This document shows positions 30,676-43,548 of a DNA stretch of 64,000 nt, piece after piece. The position numbers were made by a program, and so were the translations under genes. Under the pieces are notes generated by a model. That model ran no database searches. It had not been told where the DNA came from and saw nothing but the letters and a program-made list of their open reading frames with translations. Position 1 is the first letter of the stretch, and every line of letters starts with the position of its first letter. Source of the stretch: the human T2T-CHM13v2.0 reference genome, Homo sapiens; the NCBI RefSeq assembly GCF_009914755.1, contig NC_060940.1; one strand, 5' to 3'.

Positions 30676-33600
30676 CTATGATACCATTCGATTCCATTCA
30701 ATGATGATTCCACTCAAATCCATTGGATGATTCCATTCGTGTCCATTCGGTGATTTCATTAGATTCCATTCGAGGATGATTCCATTCGATTCCATTCGAT
30801 GATTCCATTCAATTCCATTCGATGATGATTCCATTCCAGTCCATATGATCATTCCATTTGATTTCATTCGATGATGATTCCATTCGATTCCATTCGACGA
30901 TTCCATTCTATTCCATTCGATGATGATTCCATTCGAGTCCATTCGATGATTCCATTCGAGTCCATTTAATGATTCCATTGGGTTCAATTCAATGATGATT
31001 ACATTGGATTCCGTTCTATGATTCCATTCAATTCCGTTCATTGACAATTTGATTCCATTCGATGATTATTCCATTTGAGTTCATTCGATGATTCTATTCG
31101 ATTCTCTTCGATGGTGATTCAATTCTATTATATTGGATGATTCCATTCGATTCCATTTGATGTTGATTCAATTCGATTCTATTCGATGATGATTCCATTG
31201 GATTTCACTTGATGATTCTATTCTATTCCATTCAATGATGATTCACTTCTCGTCCATTGGATGATTCCATTTCATTCCATTCGATGATGATTCCATTCGA
31301 TTCCATTCGATGATTCCTTTTGATTCCATGCGACGGTGAGCAATTCGATTCAATTCCATGATGATTCTATTTGATTCAATTAGATGATGTTTCCATTCGA
31401 ATCCATTCCATGATTATTCCATTGGAATCCATTCGGCGATGATTCCATATGAGTCAATTCAATGATGATTCCATATGGGTCCGTTCGATGATAATTCCAT
31501 TTGATTTTATTCGATGCTTCTATTCTATTCCAGTCGATGATGATTCCGTTGGAGTCCATACGATGATTCCATTTGATTTCATTTCATGATGATTCCATTC
31601 GATGATGATTACATTGGATTCCATTCTATGATTCCATTCAATTCCATTCGTTGATGATTCGATTCCATTCAATGATGATTCCATTTGAGTTCATTCGATG
31701 ATTCTATTCGATTCCGTTCGATGGTGATTCAATTCTATTATATTGGATGATTCCACTCGATTCCATTTGATGATTATTCCATTGGAGTCCACTTAGTGAA
31801 TCCTTTAGATTCTACTCGACGATGATTCCATTCGAGTCCATTCGATGATACCATTCAATTCCATTCGTTGATGCTTCCATTCAAGTGCATTCGATGATAT
31901 CATTCGATTCCATTTGATGATAATTCCATTTGATTCCATGCGATGATTCTATTCGATTCCATTCAATGATAATTCCATTCAATTCAGTGATTCCTCTGGA
32001 CTCCATTTGATGATGATTCCATTCAATGATTCCATTCGATTCTATTCGAAAATGATTCCATTTGAATCCATTTGATGATGATTCCATTAGATTCCATTTG
32101 ATGATTCCATTCGATTCCATTCGACGATGATTCCATTCGATTCCGTTTGATGATTCCATTCTATTCTATTCGATGATGATTCCATTCGATTCCATTCGAT
32201 GATGATTGGATTCGATTCCATTTGATGATTTCATTTGATTCCATTCGTTAATGATTTCGATCAATTCCATTCGATGATTCCATTCGATTCCATTCGATAA
32301 TGATTACATCCGAGTCCATTCGATGATTCCCTTTGAGCCTGTTCGATAATTCCATTTGAGTCCAACCAATGATTCCATTCATTTCCATTCAATGATTCCA
32401 TTCGAGTCCATTTGATCATTCCGGTAGGGTCCATTCGATGTTGATTCCATTGGAGTGCATTCGATGATTCCATTCGAGTCCATTTTAGGATTTGATTCGA
32501 GTCCTTTCGATGATTCCATTCGATTCCACTCGATGATGATTTCATTCGAGTCCATTCGACACTTCCAATCGATTCCATTTGATGATTCCATTCGAGTCCA
32601 ATTGATGATTCCATTCAATTCCATTCGATGATGATTCCGTACGATTCCATTCTGTGATGATTCCATGTGATTGCATTCAATGATGATTCCTTTCGATTGC
32701 ATTCGATTATGATTCATTTCGTGTTCATTCTATGGTTCCACAGGTTTCCATTCGTGTCCATTCCATTATTCCATTCTATTCCATTTGATGATGATTCCAT
32801 TCGATTCCATTCATTGGTGATTCCACTCAATTCCATTCAATGATTCCATTCCATTACTTTCAACAATGATTCCATTAGTTTCTAATCGATGATCCACTTG
32901 ATTCCATTTGACGACGATTCCATTCTTGTCCATTCGATGATTCCATTTGATTCCATATGATGATGATTCCATTCGATTCCATACCATGATGATTCCATTC
33001 GAGTCCATTCAATGGTGATTCCATTCAATTCCATTCGATGATTCCTTTCGATTCCATTCGATGATGATGGCATTCGATTCCTTTCAATCATTCCCTTTGA
33101 TTCCATTCCAAGGTGATTTCATTCAAGTCCATTCGATAATTGCATTCGATTCCATTCTATGATGATTCCATTCGAGTCCATTTGATGATTCCATTCAATT
33201 CAAGTCAATGATGATTCCATTCGATTCCATTCGATGATTCCATTGGATTCCATTCGATGATGATTCCATTCAAATCCATTCGATAATTCAATTCAAGTCC
33301 ATTCGATGATGATTCCAATCGAATCCATTCAAAGATTCCATTCAGTTCCATTCGATGATTCCCTTAGATTCGATTCGATGATTCCACTTGATTGCATTTA
33401 CGATGATTCCATTCGATTCCATGTGATGATTCCATTCAATTCTATTCAATGATGTCTCCATTTGATTCCATTCGACCATGATTGCCTTTGATTCCATTCA
33501 ATGATTCCATTCGGTTCCGTTTGATGATGATTCCGTTCGATTCCATTTGATGATTCCATTTGATTCCATTGGATGAGTCCATTCGATTACATTCGATGAT

Positions 33601-34080
33601 TATTCCATTCGAGTGCATTAGATGATTCCATTCGAGTCCATTCGATGATTCCATTCGATTCTATTCAATGATGATTCCATTCATGTCGAGTTGGTGATTC
33701 CATTTGACTTCATTTGATGATGATTCCTTTCAAGTTCATTAGATGATTCCATTCGATTCCAATTGATGATGATCCCATTCGAGTCCATTCAGTGATTCCA
33801 TTCGTTTCCATTCCATGATGATTCCATTCCATTCCATGCAATGATTCCATTCGATTCCGTTTGATGATGATTTCATTCGAGTCCATTTGATGATTCCATT
33901 TGATTCCATTCGATGATGATTCCATTCGAGTCCATTCGATGATTCCATTCGATTGCATTCGATGATTCCATTATATTCCATTCAACGATGATTCCATTCG
34001 AGTCCATTCGATGATTCCATTAGAGTACATTTAATGATTGCTTTGTTTTCAATTCGAAGATGATTACATTCGATTCCATT
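30676..34080 (+). repeat. Unit U6, 3,405 bp (deletions of 1,089 and 1,618 bp); chimeric between the two domains
   Basis: The landmark normally at offset 4123 is at 3034, and the next unit starts 371 bp later instead of 1,989 bp. 6112-1089-1618=3405. Confidence 0.87.
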
Positions 34081-37000
34081 CTATGATACCATTCGATTCC
34101 ATTCAATGATGACTCCACTCAAATCCATTGGATGATTCCATTCGTGTCCATTCGGTGATTTCATTAGATTCCATTCGAGGATGATTCCATTCGATTCCAT
34201 TCGATGATTCCATTCAATTCCATTCGATGATGATTCCATTCGAGTCCATATGATCATTCCATTTAATTTCATTCGATGATGATTCCATTCGATTCCATTC
34301 GACGATTCCATTCTATTCCATTCGATGATGATTCCATTCGAGTCCATTCGATCATTCCATTCGAGTCCATTTAATGATTCCATTGGGTTCAATTCAATGA
34401 TGATTACATTGGATTCCGTTCTATGATTCCATTCAATTCCGTTCATTGACAATTTGATTCCATTCGATGATGATTCCATTTGAGTTCATTCGATGATTCT
34501 ATTCGATTCTCTTCGATGGTGATTCAATTCTATTATATTGGATGATTCCATTCGATTCCATTTGATGTTGATTCAATTCGATTCTATTCGATGATGATTC
34601 CATTGGATTTCACTTGATGATTCTATTCGATTCCATTCAATGATGATTCACTTCTCATCCATTGGATGATTCCATTTCATTCCATTCGATGATGATTCCA
34701 TTCGATTCCATTCGATGATTCCATTTGATTCCATGCGACGGTGAGCAATTCGATTCAATTCCATGATGATTCTATTTGATTCAATTAGATGATGTTTCCA
34801 TTCGAATCCATTCCATGATTATTCCATTGGAATCCATTCGGTGATGATTCCATATGAGTCAATTCAATGATGATTCCATATGGGTCCGTTCGATGATAAT
34901 TCCTTTTGATTTCATTCGATGCTTCTATTCAATTCCAGTTGATGATGATTCCGTTGGAGTCCATACGATGATTCCATTTGATTTCATTTCATGATGATTC
35001 CATTCGATTCCATTCGATGATGATTACATTGGATTCCATTCTATGATTCCATTCAATTCCATTCGTTGATGATTCGATTCCCTTCAATGATGATTCCACT
35101 TGAGTTCATTCGATTATTCTATTCGATTCCGTTCGATGGTGATTCAATTCTCTTATATTGGATGATTCCACTCGATTCCATTTGATGATTATTCCATTGG
35201 AGTCCACTTAGTGAATCCTTTAGATTCTACTCGAAGATGATTCCATTCGAGTCCATTCGATGATACCATTCAATTCCATTCGTTGATGCTTCCATTCAAG
35301 TGCATTCGATGATATCATTCGATTCCATTTGATGATAATTCCATTTGATTCCATGCGATGATTCTATTCGATTCCATTCAATGATAATTCCATTCAATTC
35401 AGTGATTCCTCTGGACTCCATTTGATGATGATTCCATTCAATGATTCCATTCGATTCTATTCGAAAATGATTCCATTTGAATCCATTTGATGATGATTCC
35501 ATTGGATTCCATTTGATGATTCCATTCGATTCCATTCGACGATGATTCCATTCGATTCCATTTGATGATTCCATTCTATTCTATTCGATGATGATTCCAT
35601 TCGATTCCATTCGATGATGATTGGATTCGATTCCATTTGATTATTTCATTTCATTCCATTCGTTAATGATTTCGATCAATTCCATTCAATGATTCCATTC
35701 GATTCCATTCGATAATGATTACATCCGAGTCCATTCGATGATTCCATTTGAGCCTGTTCGATAATTCCATTTGAGTCCAACCAATGATTCCATTCATTTC
35801 CATTCAATGATTCCATTCGAGTCCATTTGATCATTCCGGTAGGGTCCATTCGATGTTGATTCCATTGGAGTGCATTAGATGATTCCATTCGAATCCATTC
35901 GATGATTCCATTCGATTCCATTCGATGTTGATTCTGTTCAAATCCATTCGATGATTCCACTCGATTCCATTCGATGACTCCATTTGATCCCATTCGATGA
36001 TTTCCTTTGATTCCCTTTGATGATCATTCCATTTGATTCAATTCGGTGATTTCATTTGATTCCATTCAGTGATGTTTCCATTCGACTCCATTCGATGATG
36101 ATTCCATTCGACTCCATTCGATTATGATTTCATTCAATTCCATTCGATAATGATTCCCTTCGAGTCCATTCGATGATTCCATTCGATTCCATTCAACGAT
36201 GATTTGATACGTGTCCATTCGATGATTCCATTTGATTCCACTTGATGATGATTCCATTCGAGTCCATTTGATGATTCCATTCAATTCCATACTCCGATGA
36301 TTTCTTTTGAGCCCACTCAATGCTTCCACTCGATTCCATATGATGATGACTCCATTCGATGAAATTCGATGATGATTCCATTCGCTTGCTTTCGATGATG
36401 ATTCCACTTGAGTCCGTTAGAAGATTCTATTCAATTACATTCCATGACGATTCCGTTCGTGTCCATTTGATGATTCCATTAGACTCCATTCGACGATGAT
36501 TCCATTCGATGTTATTCGATGATTCCATTCGATCTCATTCGTTGATGATTCCATTCAACTCCATTCGATGTTTCCATTCGAGTTCATTCTATTATTCCAT
36601 TAGATTCCATTCGATGATGATTCCATTCGATTCCATTTGATGATTGCATTCTATTTCATTTGATGATGATTCCATTCGAGTCCACTCGATGATTCCATTC
36701 GAGTCCATTTAATGAATCCATTGGTTTCAATTCTATGATGATTACATTGGATTCCATTCGTTGATGATTTCATTCGGTTCCATTCAATGATGATTCTATT
36801 CAATTCCTTTCAATGTTTCCATTCAATTCCATACGATGATGATTCCATTTGATTTGATTCGACAGTGAGCCATTCGATTCAATTCCATGATGTTTCTATT
36901 TGATTCAATTGGTTGACATTTCCATTCGATTCCATTCGATGATGATTCCCTTTGATTCCATTCAAAGATGATTCCATTCTAGCCCATTCAATCATTCCAT

Positions 37001-37426
37001 TCGATTCTATTCAATGATGATTCCATTCATGTCGATTTGGTGATTCCATTTGACTTCATTTGATGATGATTCCTTTCAAGTTCATTAGATGATTCCATTC
37101 GATTCCAATTGATGATGATCCCATTCGAGTCCATTCAGTGATTCCATTCGTTTCCATTCCATGATGATTCCATTCCATTCCATGCAATGATTCCATTCGA
37201 TTCCGTTTGATGATGATTTCATTCGAGTCCATTTGATGATTCCATTTGATTCCATTCGATGATGATTCCATTCGAGTCCATTCGATGATTCCATTCGATT
37301 GCATTCGATGATTCCATTATATTCCATTCAACGATGATTCCATTCGAGTCCATTCGATGATTCCATTAGAGTACATTTAATGATTGCTTTGTTTTCAATT
37401 CGAAGATGATTACATTCGATTCCATT
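34081..37426 (+). repeat. Unit U7, 3,346 bp (6,122-type with 1,158- and 1,618-bp deletions)
   Basis: 6122-1158-1618=3346. Junctions read at ~35868-35876 and ~37259-37291. Confidence 0.87.
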
Positions 37427-40400
37427 CTATGATACCATTCGATTCCATTCAATGATGACTCCACTCAAATCCATTGGATGATTCCATTCGTGTCCATTCG
37501 GTGATTTCATTAGATTCCATTCGAGGATGATTCCATTCGATTCCATTCGATGATTCCATTCAATTCCATTCGATGATGATTCCATTCGAGTCCATATGAT
37601 CATTCCATTTAATTTCATTCGATGATGATTCCATTCGATTCCATTCGACGATTCCATTCTATTCCATTCGATGATGATTCCATTCGAGTCCATTCGATGA
37701 TTCCATTCGAGTCCATTTAATGATTCCATTGGGTTCAATTCAATGATGATTACATTGGATTCCGTTCTATGATTCCATTCAATTCCGTTCATTGACAATT
37801 TGATTCCATTCGATGATGATTCCATTTGAGTTCATTCGATGATTCTATTCGATTCTCTTCGATGGTGATTCAATTCTATTATATTGGATGATTCCATTCG
37901 ATTCCATTTGATGTTGATTCAATTCGATTCTATTCGATGATGATTCCATTGGATTTCACTTGATGATTCTATTCGATTCCATTCAATGATGATTCACTTC
38001 TCGTCCATTGGATGATTCCATTTCATTCCATTCGATGATGATTCCATTCGATTCCATTCGATGATTCCATTTGATTCCATGCGTCGGTGAGCAATTCGAT
38101 TCAATTCCATGATGATTCTATTTGATTCAATTAGATGATGTTTCCATTCGAATCCATTCCATGATTATTCCATTGGAATCCATTCGGTGATGATTCCATA
38201 TGAGTCAATTCAATGATGATTCCATATGGGTCCGTTCGATGATAATTCCTTTTGATTTCATTCGATGCTTCTATTCAATTCCAGTTGATGATGATTCCGT
38301 TGGAGTCCATACGATGATTCCATTTGATTTCATTTCATGATGATTCCATTCGATTCCATTCGATGATGATTACATTGGATTCCATTCTATGATTCCATTC
38401 AATTCCATTCGTTGATGATTCGATTCCCTTCAATGATGATTCCACTTGAGTTCATTCGATTATTCTATTCGATTCCGTTCGATGGTGATTCAATTCTCTT
38501 ATATTGGATGATTCCACTCGATTCCATTTGATGATTATTCCATTGGAGTCCACTTAGTGAATCCTTTAGATTCTACTCGAAGATGATTCCATTCGAGTCC
38601 ATTCGATGATACCATTCAATTCCATTCGTTGATGCTTCCATTCAAGTGCATTCGATGATATCATTCGATTCCATTTGATGATAATTCCATTTGATTCCAT
38701 GCGATGATTCTATTCGATTCCATTCAATGATAATTCCATTCAATTCAGTGATTCCTCTGGACTCCATTTGATGATGATTCCATTCAATGATTCCATTCGA
38801 TTCTATTCCAAAATGATTCCATTTGAATCCATTTGATGATGATTCCATTGGATTCCATTTGATGATTCCATTCGATTCCATTCGACGATGATTCCATTAT
38901 ATTCCATTTGATGATTCCGTTCTATTCTATTCGATGATGATTCCATTCGATTCCATTCGATGATGATTGGATTCGATTCCATTTGATGACTTCATTTGAT
39001 TCCATTCGTTAATGATTTCGATCAATTCCATTCGATGATTCCATTCGATTCCATTCGATAATGATTACATCCGAGTCCATTCGATGATTCCATTTGAGCC
39101 CGTTCGATAATTCCATTTGAGTCCAATCAATGATTCCATTCATTTTCATTCAATGATTCCATTCGAGTCCATTTGATCATTCCGGTAGGGTCCATTCGAT
39201 GTTGATTCCATTGGAGTGCATTCGATGATTCCATTCGAGTCCATTTTAGGATTTGATTCGAGTCCTTTCGATGATTCCATTCGACTCCACTCGATGATGA
39301 TTTCATTCGAGTCCATTCGACACTTCCAATCGATTCCATTTGATGTTTCCTTTCGAGTCCAATTGATGATTCCATTCAATTCCATTCGATGATGATTCCG
39401 TACGGTTCCATTCTGTGATGATTCCATGTGATTGCATTCAATGATGATTCCTTTCGATTGCATTCGATTATGATTCATTTCGTGTTCATTCTATGGTTCC
39501 ACAGGTTTCCATTCGTGTCCATTCCATTATTCCATTCTATTCCATTTGATGATGATTCCATTCGATTCCATTCATTGGTGATTCCACTCAATTCCATTCA
39601 ATGATTCCATTCCATTTCTTTCAACAATGATTCCATTACTTTCTAATCGATGATCCACTTGATTCCATTTGACGACGATTCCATTCTTGTCCATTCGATG
39701 ATTCCATTTGATTCCATATGATGATGATTCCATTCGATTCCATACGATGATGATTCCATTGGAGTCCATTCAATGGTGATTCCATTCAATTCCATTCGAT
39801 GATTCCTTTCGATTCCATTCGATGATGATGGCATTCGATTCCTTTCAATCATTCCCTTTGATTCCATTCAAAGGTGATTTCATTCAAGTCCATTGGATAA
39901 TTGCATTCGATTCCATTCTATGATGATTCCATTCGAGTCCATTTGATGATTCCATTCAATTCAAGTCAATGATGATTCCATTCGATTCCATTCGATGATT
40001 CCATTGGATTTCATTCGATGATAATTCCATTCAAATCCTTTCGATAATTCAATTCAAGTCCATTCGATGATGATTCCAATCGAATCCATTCAAAGATTCC
40101 ATTCAGTTCCATTCGATGATTCCCTTAGATTCCATTCGATGATTCCACTTGATTCCATTTACGATGATTCCATTCGATTCCATGTGATGATTCCATTCAA
40201 TTCTATTCAATGATGTTTCCATTTGATTCCATTCGACCATGATTGCCTTTGATTCCATTCAATGATTCCATTCGGTTCCTTTTGATGATGATTCCGTTCG
40301 ATTCCATTTGATGATTCCATTTGATTCCATTGGATGAGTCCATTCGATTACATTCGATGATAATTCCATTCGAGTGCATTAGATGATTCCATTCGAGTCC

Positions 40401-43400
40401 ATTCGATGATTCCATTCGATTCCATTCGATGTTGATTCTGTTCAAATCCATTCGATGATTCCACTCGATTCCATTCGATGACTCCATTTGATCCCATTCG
40501 ATGATTTCCTGTGATTCCCTTTGATGATCATTCCATTTGATTCAATTCGGAGATTTCATTTGATTCCATTCAGTGATGTTTCCATTCGACTCCATTCGAT
40601 GATGATTCCATTCGACTCCATTCGATTATGATTTCATTCAATTCCATTCGATAATGATTCCCTTCGAGTCCATTCGATGATTCCATTCGATTCCATTCAA
40701 CGATGATTTGATTCGTGTCCATTCGATGATTCCATTTGATTCCACTTGATGATGATTCCATTCCAGTCCATTTGATGATTCCATTCAATTCCATTCTCCG
40801 ATGATTTCTTTTGAGCCCACTCAATGCTTCCACTCGATTCCATATGATGATGACTCCATTCGATGAAATTCGATGATGATTCCATTCGCTTGCTTTCGAT
40901 GATGATTCCACTTGAGTCCGTTAGAAGATTCTATTCAATTACATTCCATGACGATTCCGTTCGAGTCCATTTGATGATTCCATTAGACTCCATTTGACGA
41001 TGATTCCATTCGATGTTATTCGATGATTCCATTCGATCTCATTCGTTGATGATTCCATGCAACTCCATTCGATGTTTCCATTCGAGTTCATTCTATTATT
41101 CCATTAGATTCCATTCGATGATGTTTCCATTAGTTTCCATTTGATGATTGCATTCTATTTCATTTGATGATGATTCCATTCGAGTCCACTCGATGATTCC
41201 ATTCGAGTCCATTTAATGAATCCATTGGTTTCAATTCTATGATGATTACATTGGATTCCATTCGTTGATGATTTCATTCGGTTCCATTCAATGATGATTC
41301 TATACAATTCCTTTCAATGTTTCCATTCAATTCCATACGATGATGATTCCATTTGATTTGATTCGACAGTGAGCCATTCGATTCAATTCCATGATGATTC
41401 TATTTGATTCAATTGGTTGACATTTCCATTCGATTCCATTCGATGATGATTCCCTTTGATTCCATTCAAAGATGATTCCATTCTAGCCCATTCAATCATT
41501 CCATTCGATTCTATTCAATGATGATTCCATTCATGTCGATTTGGTGATTCCATTTGACTTCATTTGATGATGATTCCTTTCAAGTTCATTAGATGATTCC
41601 ATTCGATTCCATTTGATGATGATCCCATTCGAGTCCATTCAGTGATTCCATTCGTTTCCATTCCATGATGATTCCATTCCATTCCATTCAATGATTCCAT
41701 TCGATTCTGTTTGATGATGATTTCATTCGAGTCCATTTGATGATTCCATTTGATTCCATTCGATGATGATTCCATTCGAGTCCATTCGATGATTCTATTC
41801 GAATCTACTTGATGATTTCTTTTGATTATAGTTGGTGATGATTCCTTTGGAGTCCATTCAATGATTCCATTCGATTCCAATCGATGGTGATTCCATTAGA
41901 GTCCATTTAATGATTCCATTTGATTCCAGTCTCTGATGATTACATTCGAGTCCATACGATGATTCCACTCAATTCCATATGATGATGATTCCATTCGATT
42001 CCATTCGATGATTCCATTCTATTCTATTCAATGGTGATTCCATTCGAGTACATTAGAGGATTCCATTCGATTCCATTCAATGATGATTCTATTTGTGTCC
42101 CTTAGATGATTCCACATGATTCCATTAGATGATGATACTATTTGAGCCCATCCAATGATTCCCTTCGATTCCATTCGATGAGGATTCCATTCGATTCAAT
42201 TCATTGGTGGTTCTATTCAATTCAATTCTTTGATTCCATTGCATTCCATTCGACAATGATTCCATTCGATTTCTTTTGATGATTCCACTCGATTCCACTT
42301 GACATTGATTCCATTCGATTCCATTCAATGATTCCATTTGATTCCAGTGGATGATGATTGCCATCGATTCCATTCGATCACTCCATTCTATTCCATTTGA
42401 TGATGATTACATTCGATTCCATTTGATGATTCCATCTGATTCTATTCGAGGATTCCATTTGATTCCATTCGCTGATGATTCCATTCGAGTCCATTCGATG
42501 ATTTCATTCGAGTACATCCAATGATTCCATTCGAGTCCATTTGATGATTCCATTTGATTCCATTTGATTATGATTCTACTAGAGTACACTCAATGACTCC
42601 ATTCGAGTCCATTCAACAATTCCATTCGACTCCATTCGATGATTCCATTCGATTCCATTTGATGATTCCATTCGAGTCCATTTAATCATTACAGTCGAGT
42701 CCATTTGGTGATTCCACTGGATTTCTTTTGATAATGATACCATTCAATTACATTTGATGATGATCCCATTCAATTTCATTTGATGATGATTCCATTAGAG
42801 TCCATTCGATGATTTCATTCGAGTCCCTTCATTGATTCCATCCGATTTCATTGGATGATGACTCCATTCGAGTCCATTCGATGATTCCACTCGATTCCAT
42901 TAGATGATTCCATTGGAGTCCATTTGATTGTTCCATTCGATTCCATTCGATTCCCTTCGAAGATTATTCCATTTGAGTCCATTCGATGATGATTCCATTC
43001 CATTCCATTCGATGATTCCGTTTGATTCCATTCGATGCTTCCCTTCGATTCCTTTCTTTGATGATTCCATTCCATTCCATTCAATGATTCCATTCGAATC
43101 TATTCCATGATGATTCCTTTCGATTCCATTCGCTGATGTTTCCGTTCAATTCCATTCGATGATGATTCCATTCGATTCCATTCATTGAGGATTCCATTTC
43201 ATTCCATTCAATGATGATTCCATTCTATTCCATTCAATGATTGCATTCAATTCCATTCAATGATCATCCCCTTAGAGTAAACTCAACGATTCCATTCAAT
43301 ACCATTCGATGATGATTCCTTTTGAGTCCATTCAATGATTTCATTCAAGTCCATTTGATGATTCCTTTCAATTCCATTCTATGATGATTCCATTCGAGTC

Positions 43401-43548
43401 CATTCGATGATTCCATTCGATTACATTCGACGATTCCATTATATTCCATTCAACGATGATTCCATTCGAGTCCATTCGATGATTCCATTAGAGTACATTT
43501 AATGATTGCTTTGTTTTCAATTCGAAGATGATTACATTGGATTCCATT
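37427..43548 (+). repeat. Unit U8, full length 6,122 bp
   Basis: All landmarks present, shifted +10 after ~38350. Confidence 0.88.

Larger units (their letters stand above)
1..33660 (+). repeat. Homogeneous domain of 6,112-bp nested repeat units
   Basis: All landmarks recur every 6,112 bp (6,063 across U2), for example CCGG at 1910, 7973, 14085, 20197, 26309 and 32421. Units differ only by scattered substitutions and one 49-bp deletion. Confidence 0.93.
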
